64,000 nucleotides of DNA from an uncultured bacterium (GTDB lineage: Bacteria; Margulisbacteria; WOR-1; CAVSGV01), in NCBI GenBank assembly GCA_963699255.1, contig OY969425.1, forward strand, positions 935,112 to 999,111, given 5' to 3'. A program made the translations under genes and the position numbers. The notes under the pieces are model-generated. The model ran no database searches and had not been told where the DNA came from. It worked only from the letters and a program-made list of their open reading frames with translations. Shown here piece after piece: positions 18,413 through 28,160 of this stretch (positions are counted from its first letter, which is position 1; each line of letters starts with the position of its first letter).

Positions 18413-19344
18413 ACTGCCGCCAACTCTCTGTCTTTGTATCCTAACGGATATGCAAATTGAATGGTTTCAGCTGGAACTTTATATATCGGCTTATTCATCG
18501 GGCGTGTTTTGATCGTTCCCTCAAAAGTTTCTTTAATTCGCTTTTTTGATATCTGAATATACTCGGGCATTATTTCTGCACCTATCGCTCTTCGGTGATG
18601 CAGAAGCGCTGCCACGGCAGTCGTTCCGGTTCCGATGAAAGGATCAAGGACGAGATCATCTTTTCGTGTCATAGCCAGGATCAATCTTTCAATGAGTTCA
18701 ACGGGAAACTGACATGGATGTTGCGTCTTCTCAACATGATTGTTCTTTACGTTTGGAATGTTCCACAGATCACCCGGATTTTTCCCAAGAGGATTACAAG
18801 AGAGCTGCCCCTTTTTGGGCCCTTTAAAATACTTCTTTTGAGGATATTTCTGAGGGATCCTTATTGGATCAAGATTAAATACATAATCATCGCTTTTCGT
18901 GAACCATAAGACCGATTCGTATCGGCCTGAAAGTCTTTTAGAGCAATGCAGGCCATGCTCAAAATGCCAGATTATTCTGTTGCGCAACTTTAACCCGAGT
19001 GATTTAAATATGGGGTATAAAACTGTATCAAGCGGGACTACTTCGCATCTATCAACATAATTTCCAACCTCCCAGCAAATACTCCCGTTTGGCAACAGTG
19101 TTCGCACACATTCCCTGATAACTGATTCCTGGAACGAGAGATATCGATCCAATGAGGTTTTCTTCTCATATTTCTTCCCTATATTATAGGGTGGGGAGGT
19201 AACGATAAGCTGAATTTTTTTGTCCGGTATTTGTTTAAGCAGATCAAGGCAGTCACCTGGGTAAAGGACGACCTTTGCATTTTCAGAGTAATTTTCGCAT
19301 ATTATTTTTGTCATATCTGAACCTAAATTGTCCATATTATACAC
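18409..19344 (-). CDS. DNA methyltransferase, beta-class, probably N4-cytosine
   Basis: Motif IV TSPPYN (SPPY favours m4C) precedes motif I DPFIGTGTT near the C-terminus. Confidence 0.85.
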   Translation of the reverse strand: MYNMDNLGSDMTKIICENYSENAKVVLYPGDCLDLLKQIPDKKIQLIVTSPPYNIGKKYEKKTSLDRYLSFQESVIRECVRTLLPNGSICWEVGNYVDRCEVVPLDTVLYPIFKSLGLKLRNRIIWHFEHGLHCSKRLSGRYESVLWFTKSDDYVFNLDPIRIPQKYPQKKYFKGPKKGQLSCNPLGKNPGDLWNIPNVKNNHVEKTQHPCQFPVELIERLILAMTRKDDLVLDPFIGTGTTAVAALLHHRRAIGAEIMPEYIQISKKRIKETFEGTIKTRPMNKPIYKVPAETIQFAYPLGYKDRELAAV

Positions 19345-19523
19345 CTCCAGAAACAGTATTCAATTTTAATGGTTGCTTTTAATGGTATACAAGTGTATAC
19401 TTAAAACAAAATTTGTCAAGCTGTTGTTTTTGCTAAGGAGACAATTATATTATTAATGGGACAGTAATAGATGTTTTTAAAGACTATAAGAATATTGTCC
19501 AAAAATAACAAGGGGGTGAGAAT

Positions 19524-19727
19524 ATGGCAAAGTATAATCGAAATTCAGGGAAACAGTGGAAAAGCGCTGAAGTGTCGCAATTAATATCCCTGGCAAAGCA
19601 AAATACTCCGACCAGGGTAATTGGGCTAAAATTGGGGAGGACGGAAGCTTCCATATATACGAAAGCATCACAAGAAAATATAAGCCTGCATCCGACCAAT
19701 CAATCACCATATAATAGGAGTAAATAA
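19524..19727 (+). CDS. Small hypothetical protein, possible HTH
   Basis: 67 aa; TPTRVIGLKLGRTEASIYTKA resembles a helix-turn-helix; divergent from the methyltransferase gene. Confidence 0.35.
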   Translation: MAKYNRNSGKQWKSAEVSQLISLAKQNTPTRVIGLKLGRTEASIYTKASQENISLHPTNQSPYNRSK

Positions 19728-19741
19728 AGGAGGAAAATATT

Positions 19742-20038
19742 ATGAAAGTAAGAAACATTAATGGCACAAGTGATAAGACCTGTAAATGTGGTAGCTGGAT
19801 TGATCATTGGAAGAAGTTTAGCGGTCAGTCAATTCCCGAATATTGCCCGGCAGAAGGTTGCTTGAATAAGTCCTTGGTGGGTGCTCATGTTCAGAAGGAT
19901 AGTAATTCTGATAATAACTGGTATATATTCCCACTTTGTAGCACATGTAATAATAAGAAGGGTGAATCTCTGGTTGTTAGCGACACTTATAAGCTGGTTT
20001 CGGCTAACGTCAGTGAGACTTGTGGAAAGCAATATTAA
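19742..20038 (+). CDS. Cys/His-rich small protein, possible zinc-binding HNH-like fold
   Basis: 98 aa; CKCGSWIDHW...CPAEGC...GAHV...PLCSTCNNKKG. The HNH-like reading is speculative. Confidence 0.4.
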   Translation: MKVRNINGTSDKTCKCGSWIDHWKKFSGQSIPEYCPAEGCLNKSLVGAHVQKDSNSDNNWYIFPLCSTCNNKKGESLVVSDTYKLVSANVSETCGKQY

Positions 20039-20523
20039 AAAGGGTTCTCCAATTAGTTGTCTAAATTATTGAAGTAGCGTAAAGAATGCGATGACTCAGA
20101 AGAAAATGTCGTGTAGTCAGTTTTCACTTTCGGTTGAGAACGGCCAGGCGGGGGTTACGGCATTTGCCGGGATGAAATTGGATTTTGATTTCTGAAGGGT
20201 TGTCCAGCCCTCATTTGTTGAGCTACTTTAAGTCAGAGTTAAGCATGGTTTGTCTCCCAACATTTCAATTTAATATGCCAAAATTACTTTATGGTTTCGA
20301 AATAGGTGATAAAATACATAAATATGCTAACTAGTTCAGATATTAAAAAGGCGATCAATAATTATGGGGCGGAATTCTTCTAAATTCAGAAGTAAGAAAG
20401 ATATCCAATTTTAAGGAGATCAGTATCCATTGGGATCAAGAAGGAGTATCTTCTAAGTCACTTGAAATATTTGACAAAAATTGCTACGAGGCAATATCCA
20501 AATTTACGAAGTATTTAGAGGCT

Positions 20524-20898
20524 ATGATGATAAACGAAGGTATTAAATATTCGGGTGTTTACTTGTGGGAGGATACATCTGATCATTTTACAAAAAACCC
20601 TTTTATCTCAGAAAAGTCAGATATTATCTATATCGGTAAAGCAGATAAAAATGTTTCTGCAAGACAAAGAAAAGCATTCGAATACCCAGTTGATTTTGTA
20701 AAAGCACGTATTGCGGCTTGGTTGGCAATTCAAAATAGACTTACCATATGGTTTAAGAAACTTGATGAAGCTATTGTAAAAAAAGAGGAAATAGAACTAT
20801 TAACTGGGCACTTTGCGGCATTTGGATGCTATCCTTTACTGAATATGAGAGTAGAAGCACAATTCAAGGTAAAGGATTGTTTTAATTTAGACAGATAA
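20524..20898 (+). CDS. Stand-alone GIY-YIG nuclease-domain protein
   Basis: 124 aa; SGVYLWE (GIY) followed by IIYIGKADKNVSARQRK (YIG plus conserved Arg). Confidence 0.55.
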   Translation: MMINEGIKYSGVYLWEDTSDHFTKNPFISEKSDIIYIGKADKNVSARQRKAFEYPVDFVKARIAAWLAIQNRLTIWFKKLDEAIVKKEEIELLTGHFAAFGCYPLLNMRVEAQFKVKDCFNLDR

Positions 20899-20931
20899 TC
20901 CCTGATGCGCCCGCAATAGAAGGGGGAAGAT

Positions 20932-21207
20932 ATGTTTGAACTTCTTAAAAGAATCAAAGCTGGTATTATAGGTTTTGCCCAAGGCTTTACTGGAGGTGAA
21001 AATTATCTTGATGCTGTTTCACAGATACCAGCTTGGAGAAAAGAGTATAAAGACCTAGTTGCAGGGTCAGATATCTTGAAGAAACATAACGATGTTCTAG
21101 AACGATTAACAAGAAATGAAAATCCAGAAATAGCTAAACTAGAAGCGGAAATCGCTGTAAAGCAGGCTAAATTGGAAAACCTTAAAGAGGAAATAGAAGG
21201 AAAATAA
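20932..21207 (+). CDS. Hypothetical coiled-coil protein
   Basis: 91 aa; C-terminal heptad-like EIAKLEAEIAVKQAKLENLKEEIEGK; 33 nt downstream of the GIY-YIG gene. Confidence 0.4.
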   Translation: MFELLKRIKAGIIGFAQGFTGGENYLDAVSQIPAWRKEYKDLVAGSDILKKHNDVLERLTRNENPEIAKLEAEIAVKQAKLENLKEEIEGK

Positions 21208-21308
21208 GCATTTTTATCTTCTTCCATCTAACATTTATCTAACACTTCGTTTCATTTTTTGCTGATTTTGACCGACTTACTCCGACTTTTCAATTTCAAT
21301 AAGGGGGC

Positions 21309-21503
21309 TCATTTTTTCCGTCTATCCGCTATCAGCACCCCGCCGACTCCGACATTCTCCGCCGGGTTTTCGGTGATAGTCACGACATAAGCCTGCCGCG
21401 GGAATTTATAAGCTTTCTCCATGGCATCCGTAACTTCCTTCACAAGCTCGCGCTTTGTTTCAATACTTTCTATCTTCGGCCCGTCTATATATGCGTTCGG
21501 CAT
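21309..21503 (-). CDS. Tautomerase-family (4-oxalocrotonate tautomerase-like) protein
   Basis: 64 aa starting MP with the tautomerase beta-alpha-beta pattern. Confidence 0.6.
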   Translation of the reverse strand: MPNAYIDGPKIESIETKRELVKEVTDAMEKAYKFPRQAYVVTITENPAENVGVGGVLIADRRKK

Positions 21504-21504
21504 T

Positions 21505-22185
21505 TTACACGCCTCCTTTTATCGAAATACTCTCCCGAAGAAATGGCTTTCCATGCCCCGGATAGATCGTTCTGATCTTCATTGTTCTTAGTTTTTCCAG
21601 GCTGCTCTTCAATTGCGCGGAATTCTCTATGATATTCGCTTCCGCGGGCTTTGTGCGGTTCGTGAACATATCGCCGCAGAAAAGATCGCCGTCATCGGTC
21701 AGGACAGAGAGCGAACCGGGAGTATGCCCCGGTGTATGAATAACTTTCGCCGAAACACCGTATTCCGCCAAACTCTGGCCGTCAGATAAAAGAATATCCG
21801 GCTTGAACCTTGGGTAACTCATCTTGTTCTTTTGGAACTTCCTCATCAGCATCCTGAAATTGAACATTACCCAGTATATAAAAGGCTTTATCTGGCGCTT
21901 CAACATTACCCCGTTCTCCACCTGCGCAACATCTCCGGCGTGCATGGCGGCCTTCACATTGTATTTTTCACGCAGCTTGGACACGTTACCGGTATGGTCC
22001 CAGTCCCCGTGCGTGATAACTATCAGCTTTAATTTCCAGGGCAGGCATCCTGCAGCGGCCAGCTGGCTGTCCAGGTTCTCCCACATATACGGCAATCCTG
22101 TATCGATAAGGACGAATCCGTCCTTTGCTTTTAAAAGAAAAGCATTTACCATGCCGAGGTCGATCGTTCTTATCGTTTCATCCAT
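21505..22185 (-). CDS. MBL-fold metallo-hydrolase
   Basis: ITHGDWDHTG motif; HTPGHTPGS downstream. Confidence 0.7.
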   Translation of the reverse strand: MDETIRTIDLGMVNAFLLKAKDGFVLIDTGLPYMWENLDSQLAAAGCLPWKLKLIVITHGDWDHTGNVSKLREKYNVKAAMHAGDVAQVENGVMLKRQIKPFIYWVMFNFRMLMRKFQKNKMSYPRFKPDILLSDGQSLAEYGVSAKVIHTPGHTPGSLSVLTDDGDLFCGDMFTNRTKPAEANIIENSAQLKSSLEKLRTMKIRTIYPGHGKPFLRESISIKGGV

Positions 22186-23629
22186 TTGGACTTTCAGCTA
22201 AGCCTCCCTCTTCCCAATCCGGCTCCGGGCCGCGCAGATAAGATATGAAAGCAGCTATCAGGCTGAATATGAATGAGATAGTGAACGCCACCCTTAAACC
22301 GGAAATAAAATGCGCGATGGCTATCCCCTCCGACCCCACCTGTGCGCCCACGAACAATTTTAGCAGGGTTTTCTGCGAAATGCTCGAGGATATCGCCACC
22401 ATCGCCAGCGCGATGCTTACCACCATTCCGGCATTGTTCATCATCGTCCTTGTGGCCGCGGCGATACCGCGCCTGTCAGACGGCACCGATTCCATGATGG
22501 ACCGCGTGTTGGGAGAAAAGAACATCCCCGAACCGAAACCCATGATGGACATCCAGATAATGATCTCACAGATGGAGGTTTCCGGGCTCAGCTTCATGAA
22601 ACCGAACAGGCCTATGGCCGAGATCAGCAGCCCCAGCGAACTCAGCTCCCTGGAGCCGTATTTGTCCGAAAGAAATCCGCTGATGGGAGAGCTTATCATC
22701 ATCGAGACGGCGAAAGGCGTCAGCAGTATGCCGGACAGGAGCGGATCGTAACCCTTCACGCCCTGGAAATAAAATATCAAAAGGAAGGTCACTGCGCCTC
22801 TCGCGATGCCGTTCAACAGGTTGCTCCCGAAAGCGAAACCGAGGACCCTTGTCTCCAGAAGCCTCATGTCCAGCATCGGCTGTTTGGAACGGCTCTCGAT
22901 GAACACGAACAGGGCAAGCAAAATGACCGAGCTTACAAGCATGATCAGGATATTCCTGTTAAGCCAGCCGACGAAGCCGCCGAACGTCAGTGCGATGAGA
23001 AGCAGCAGCATCCCGACGGAAAAAACTATCGTCCCCTCCCAGTCGAATTTCTGGTGCTCCGGCAGTATGTCCAGCTCTTTCAGCTGCAGCCACGCCCAGA
23101 ACGTGCCGACGATCCCGAAAGGCACGTTCACGAAGAAAATGCTCCGCCATCCTATGGTCGCCAGGAAGCCTCCCAGTATAGGGCCTATAACGGACGCTAT
23201 GCTGATGATCATGGCGTTTATGCCCATCGCTTCGCCCAGCTGGTTCCTGGGAAAAGCGTCGGTCACGATAGCGGTGCTGTTCGCCACAAGAAGAGAACCC
23301 CCGACAGCCTGCACCATCCTGAAAATGAGAAGCTGGGTCCCGTTCACCACCATGCCGCACAGAAGAGAGCCCAGAGTGAATATCGCGAAACCGCTCACGT
23401 ACAGATACTTCCTGCCGTACATGTCGGCGACGCGCCCGATGGACGGGACCAGTATCGTCAGGGCAAGCATATATCCCATGACTGTCCACAGGATGACAGC
23501 TATGCCGGCATGAAGGCTTTTTATTATCTCCGGAAGCGCGATTATCAGGGTGCTTCCGTTCAGAACGGAAAAGAACGCGCCAAGCGATGTGCACGATAAG
23601 GCGATCCATTTATATTCGATGTTCTTCAA
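22178..23629 (-). CDS. MFS transporter, DHA2 (EmrB/QacA-like) family
   Basis: 483 aa, about 14 predicted TM segments, motif A GRVADMYGRK. Confidence 0.85.
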   Translation of the reverse strand: MKNIEYKWIALSCTSLGAFFSVLNGSTLIIALPEIIKSLHAGIAVILWTVMGYMLALTILVPSIGRVADMYGRKYLYVSGFAIFTLGSLLCGMVVNGTQLLIFRMVQAVGGSLLVANSTAIVTDAFPRNQLGEAMGINAMIISIASVIGPILGGFLATIGWRSIFFVNVPFGIVGTFWAWLQLKELDILPEHQKFDWEGTIVFSVGMLLLLIALTFGGFVGWLNRNILIMLVSSVILLALFVFIESRSKQPMLDMRLLETRVLGFAFGSNLLNGIARGAVTFLLIFYFQGVKGYDPLLSGILLTPFAVSMMISSPISGFLSDKYGSRELSSLGLLISAIGLFGFMKLSPETSICEIIIWMSIMGFGSGMFFSPNTRSIMESVPSDRRGIAAATRTMMNNAGMVVSIALAMVAISSSISQKTLLKLFVGAQVGSEGIAIAHFISGLRVAFTISFIFSLIAAFISYLRGPEPDWEEGGLAESPNG

Positions 23630-23644
23630 TGTTCTCTCCTAATA

Positions 23645-26600
23645 TTACTTTTCTTCCCCCGCGATCGCTTCAACTTTGACATGCCTGGAACCAATTAAGC
23701 TATACGCGCAAGGGACGACGAACAGCGTCAGCAGGGTCGAGATGAACAGTCCGCCGATGACGGCTATCGCCATAGGCGTGCGTATCTCGGCTCCGGGTCC
23801 CCACGCCAGCGCCGGCGGTATCGCCCCGGCGATCGTCGCGACCGAAGTCATGAGGATGGGTCGAAGCCTTATAGGACACGCTTCCAGAAGCGCCTCCCTC
23901 ACCGGCATTCCCTTTTCCCTCATCTGATTGGTGAACTCCACCAGAAGTATCGAATTCTTTTTCACGATCCCCATCAGGAGGATAAAACCTATCATGCTGT
24001 ATATGTTCAGCGACTGGCCGGTCACATAAAGCGCGATAAAAGCTCCCGAGAAACTGAACGGCAAAGCGGCAAGGACGACCACAGGGTCGCTGAAACTGTT
24101 GAACTGCGATCCCAGGACCATGTAAGCGATGACTATGCCGAGTATCAGCGCGAATATCAGACTTTCAAAGGATTCCTTGTAAGCCTGCGCATTCCCGCTG
24201 AAGATCACATGATAACCTTCCGGCAGGGTCGCTTTCGCTATCTCATCTATCTTTGCGAGAACTACCGCCTGCGACCTGCCCGGCGCGACATTGGCCGATA
24301 TGGTTATGGCACGCTCCCTGTCCTGGCGGGAAATGCTCTGCATCGCCGGCCGCTCCACAAGACGCGTTACCTTATCCAGGCTGACCAGCTCTCCCCTGTT
24401 GTTGCGGACATAAACGCCTTTCATTATATCCGCCCTGGTATGCTCGGCTCCGATCATCTTTACCGTGATATCGTACCTGTGCCCGCCGTGTTCATATGTC
24501 CCCACCTTCAGGCCGCCCACAAGGGTCGAGATGGTCTGCCCGATGACCGCAAAGCTCACCCCGTGGCGCGAGGCAAGGTCGCGATCCGGCACGACATCGT
24601 ATTCCGTCAGGCCGAGAAGATAATTACTGTTCAGGTCCGTGGTCAGGCCGGTTTTATCTATTTCACTCATCAGCTTTACGCTTAGGTCTCCAAGCTTGTC
24701 CCAGTCGGGGCCTCTCAGGGTCAGCTCTATGGGATATCCGCCCGTTGAAGCGAAGCCGCGCAGCGAAGTATCCATTATGTATACCTGAAGGTCGGGAATT
24801 TTTTTCAGGTCGCTGCGGACGGCTTTCATCGACTCCGCCTGGGAAAGCCTGTGATGGAGCACGGGATCTATCCCGCGCTGGCCCTTGGGCTTCAGCGTAA
24901 GGAAAATAAAAGATTGGTTCAGCCGCCCGCTTCCCCCGAAACCTCCGACCGCGGCGAATACCGAATCCGCTTCCGGCCGTTTCGCGATAATTGATTCCGC
25001 CAGCCTGGATTTTTCATCCATATACGCAAGCGATGCCCATGCCGGCGTCTGGAGGCGCACCGCATATTGGCTCTGGTCCTGAGGCGGAACAAGCTCGCTT
25101 CTCAGCGCCCTGGCTACGGAGAAAGTAATGACAAAAAATATCACCGATGACCATATGATAAGACCCCTGCGGTCCAGCGACCAGGCAAGCGCCTTGCGGT
25201 AACCTCTGTTCAGCCGCTTGAAGCTCCTGTCCAGGAACGCGGCGAACCGGTTCTCCCTGGTGCCCACCTCGACGAACTGCGAGCAGCGCATGGGAGTAAG
25301 GGTAAGCGCCTCAAAAAGCGAGAGCAGTACGGCGACGCTTATCGTCATGCCGAACTGGTAGAAGTATTTCCCGATTATCCCTTTCATGAACGCCACCGGC
25401 AGGAATATCGCGATTATCGCGATGCTCGCCGCCATCGCCGCGAAAGTTATCTCCCGCGCGCCTATCAGCGCGGCCGAAACCTTTTCTTCGCCTTTCTCCT
25501 GGTGCCTCATGATGTTCTCAAGCACCATTATTGCGTCATCCACCACTATGCCGATGGCAAGGCTCAGCGCCATGAGGGTGAACATGTTCAGGGTGAAGCC
25601 CATGAAGTAAACGAATATGAAAGTCCCGATGATGGATGTCGGTATCGCGAGCCATACGTTCAGGACCGCGGACCACGACCCCAGGAAGAACCAGCAGACG
25701 AGCCCGGTAAGTATCGCGGAGAGGAGGAGCGTCACTTTCAGCTCATTCACGGCATCCTCTATGAATTTCGTGTTATCCATCCTTATGGAAAGGTCCATGC
25801 CTTTCGGCAGTTCTTTCTGGACCGCTTTCATTTTTGCGCGGACGGCTTTCGCCACTTCCACGGCATTGGTGCCTCTCTGTTTCAGGATGCCGAGCCCGAC
25901 CGCCGATACTCCGTTGGCGCGCGCCATGTGCTCGATGTCCGCAAGGTCGTCTTTTATGCTCGCCACCTTCACCAGCGCCACGGGAGAATAATTCGGCTGG
26001 CCTCCGCGGTAGTTGAGACGGATATTCTCGAATTCCTGTACGGTTTTTGCCTCTCCGAGGGTCCTGACGGTGTGTTCCGCTTTTACGTCCGCAACGTATC
26101 CGGCGGGCAGCTCCACATGCTCGTTCTGCACCGCGCTCACGACGTCCTGGGCGGTAAGCGCGTAGCGGTTCAGGTCGGACTTCCTCACCTCCACCCGGAG
26201 GTTCGGGTCAACGTATCCGCCGAACACCACGTCCCCGACGCCGGAGACGGTCGTGAACTTATCTTTTAATATATCGTTGACGTAAGCCATGGCATCGCGG
26301 GTCGAGATGCCCGTGGTGTTAAGCGACAGCCATATTATCGGCTGATCGTCGGGATTTGTTTTTGTGATGATGGGCGGATCTATGTCGTTGGGAAGCAGCC
26401 GCTGCGCCTGGGATATCTTGGACTGTATCTCCTGCACCGCCACGTCTATGTTCTTGCTCAGTTCGAATTCCACCGAGATGCTCGTGCTGCCGTCGCGGGA
26501 AGTGGAGGTGACGGTCCTTACGCCTTCCACGCCCATGACCGCGTCCTCTATGTAATCGGCGACGTCCGTTTCCATTATCTGGGGTGAAGCTCCCGGATAA

Positions 26601-26749
26601 GTGACGCTGACGGAAACGACGGGGAAATCCACGTCCGGCATCAGGCTGACGCCCATCCTCATGAAAGAGATCGCGCCGAAAAGTATCAGCGCGAACATCA
26701 TCATCCACGCGAACACGGGCCGCTTTATGGATATGTCAGATAAGATCAT
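23645..26749 (-). CDS. RND efflux transporter permease (AcrB/HAE1-like)
   Basis: 1034 aa; N-terminus MILSDISIKRPVFAWMMMFALILFGAISFMRMGVSLMPDVDFPVV is the RND signature. Confidence 0.9.
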   Translation of the reverse strand: MILSDISIKRPVFAWMMMFALILFGAISFMRMGVSLMPDVDFPVVSVSVTYPGASPQIMETDVADYIEDAVMGVEGVRTVTSTSRDGSTSISVEFELSKNIDVAVQEIQSKISQAQRLLPNDIDPPIITKTNPDDQPIIWLSLNTTGISTRDAMAYVNDILKDKFTTVSGVGDVVFGGYVDPNLRVEVRKSDLNRYALTAQDVVSAVQNEHVELPAGYVADVKAEHTVRTLGEAKTVQEFENIRLNYRGGQPNYSPVALVKVASIKDDLADIEHMARANGVSAVGLGILKQRGTNAVEVAKAVRAKMKAVQKELPKGMDLSIRMDNTKFIEDAVNELKVTLLLSAILTGLVCWFFLGSWSAVLNVWLAIPTSIIGTFIFVYFMGFTLNMFTLMALSLAIGIVVDDAIMVLENIMRHQEKGEEKVSAALIGAREITFAAMAASIAIIAIFLPVAFMKGIIGKYFYQFGMTISVAVLLSLFEALTLTPMRCSQFVEVGTRENRFAAFLDRSFKRLNRGYRKALAWSLDRRGLIIWSSVIFFVITFSVARALRSELVPPQDQSQYAVRLQTPAWASLAYMDEKSRLAESIIAKRPEADSVFAAVGGFGGSGRLNQSFIFLTLKPKGQRGIDPVLHHRLSQAESMKAVRSDLKKIPDLQVYIMDTSLRGFASTGGYPIELTLRGPDWDKLGDLSVKLMSEIDKTGLTTDLNSNYLLGLTEYDVVPDRDLASRHGVSFAVIGQTISTLVGGLKVGTYEHGGHRYDITVKMIGAEHTRADIMKGVYVRNNRGELVSLDKVTRLVERPAMQSISRQDRERAITISANVAPGRSQAVVLAKIDEIAKATLPEGYHVIFSGNAQAYKESFESLIFALILGIVIAYMVLGSQFNSFSDPVVVLAALPFSFSGAFIALYVTGQSLNIYSMIGFILLMGIVKKNSILLVEFTNQMREKGMPVREALLEACPIRLRPILMTSVATIAGAIPPALAWGPGAEIRTPMAIAVIGGLFISTLLTLFVVPCAYSLIGSRHVKVEAIAGEEK

Positions 26750-28039
26750 TGCGCTTCCTTCCCGTCCGGAACATCTACTGATGCCGTTATCGCCATTAGC
26801 GCGTTCATGTCGGATTTTAAGTTGTATATGGCTTTGTTAAGGGAACGCTCCACGTCCTGGTAAGAGGTCATGGCCTGCAGGACATCCAGGTTCGACACCA
26901 GACCGAGGTCGTAATCGCCGGATACCGCGATGTAATTCCTCTTCGCCAGATCCACGGCGTTCTGGAATTCTTTTACCTGCGACATGTCATACGTCAGCCG
27001 CTGGTAGGTCGTCCTCAGGTCCTGCTTAGCCAGGCGTTCCACGCGCTCCAGGTCGTTCCGGCTCTGCCGCAGGAGCGATTCGGCTTCCGCGTGGCGGGAA
27101 GTGTTGAGCCCTCCGGTGAATATCGGAAGTGTCGCGGTGATCGTAGCGTCCCACTCGCTGTTCTGCAGGGTTCCTTTCGGGCGGCTGAAATAATAATCCG
27201 CGGAAAGGTCAGCCGACGGCAGGTATGCGCCTTTTGCGATATCCACGTTGTTTCCCGCCGCTTCGGTCCTTGCGAGCGCCGCTTTTATGTCGGGGCGGCC
27301 GGATAATCTAGCGTTATAAGATTCAAAGCTTCCGATCGATGAAGGTATTTTATCCGCATCGGAAAGTTCCACCGACGGCGAGAGTCCCGTCAGGAAAGAG
27401 AGAAGTTCCCTGGCCGTGGACAGCTGCGACTTCACCTGCTCCACCTGGGCCATGAGCGTCGCGCGCGAAACCTGCACGGTAAGCACCTCCGTGGACCTGG
27501 ACCTGCCTATCGCCACGCGCGCGCGCAGTTCCGTTATCCTCTTATCATACAGGTCCGCTTCCTTGCGTAATATAGCGATGTCGTTCTCAAGGGACAGGAC
27601 AAGGTAGAAAGCGTTCGCGGTGTCCTGGTAAAGCTGAAGGGCCGCCCACTGGTAAGACCGCTTCTGCGATGTAATAAGGTTCTGGTTCAGCTTCAGCGCC
27701 GCGAAATCGCGGAAGCCCCTGAAGAGCGGCTGCGAAATTGAAAGCCTTGTCGTCGCCTGGTCCTTGTAAAGCGAAGTGTCGGTCGTTTCGGGGACAAGGT
27801 CCGAAGTGTCTTCATTAAAATATGTATAGCCTGCCGATATCCCCGGCATGCATCGCCGCCAGCGCCTGCCTGTAGTGCTCTTCGGCCTGCCGCACAAGCT
27901 CCTGATCGTCGGCCATGACCTCGCTCTGTTTCAGCGCCGACCGGAAACACGATTCAAGGCTTATTCCGTCGGCTGAACACTTAACGGCGGATCCCGCTAT
28001 CATAAGACATATAATAATGTATATACTAAATTTTTTCAC
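26746..28039 (-). pseudogene. Outer-membrane efflux protein (TolC/OEP family) with an apparent 1-nt frameshift near 27846-27852
   Basis: The N-terminal ORF (28039-27815, signal peptide MKKFSIYIIICLMIAGSA) and the main ORF (27897-26746) are in different frames and overlap; removing one base near GCATGC would give a continuous ...ALAAM-LPGISAGYTYF... join. May be a sequencing error. Confidence 0.55.
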
Positions 28040-28160
28040 GAATTGAATATTTTATCAGCAAATCGGAGGGTATGGCAAGTAAAATCTATGTAAAGATCGG
28101 GTAAAATCCATGGAACGACATTGCCTGTGCCGTTGAATTCATTGAAAGCTGCCGATCTTA

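Noticed and set aside
22806-23609. Several 180-235-aa ORFs on both strands
   Set aside because: All overlap the MFS transporter gene and show Arg/Ser/Pro-rich composition with no motifs.
25502-26269. 255-aa plus-strand ORF, with other antisense ORFs between 24209 and 26708
   Set aside because: Entirely inside and antisense to the RND permease gene; His/Arg-rich composition typical of antisense frames of GC-rich coding DNA.
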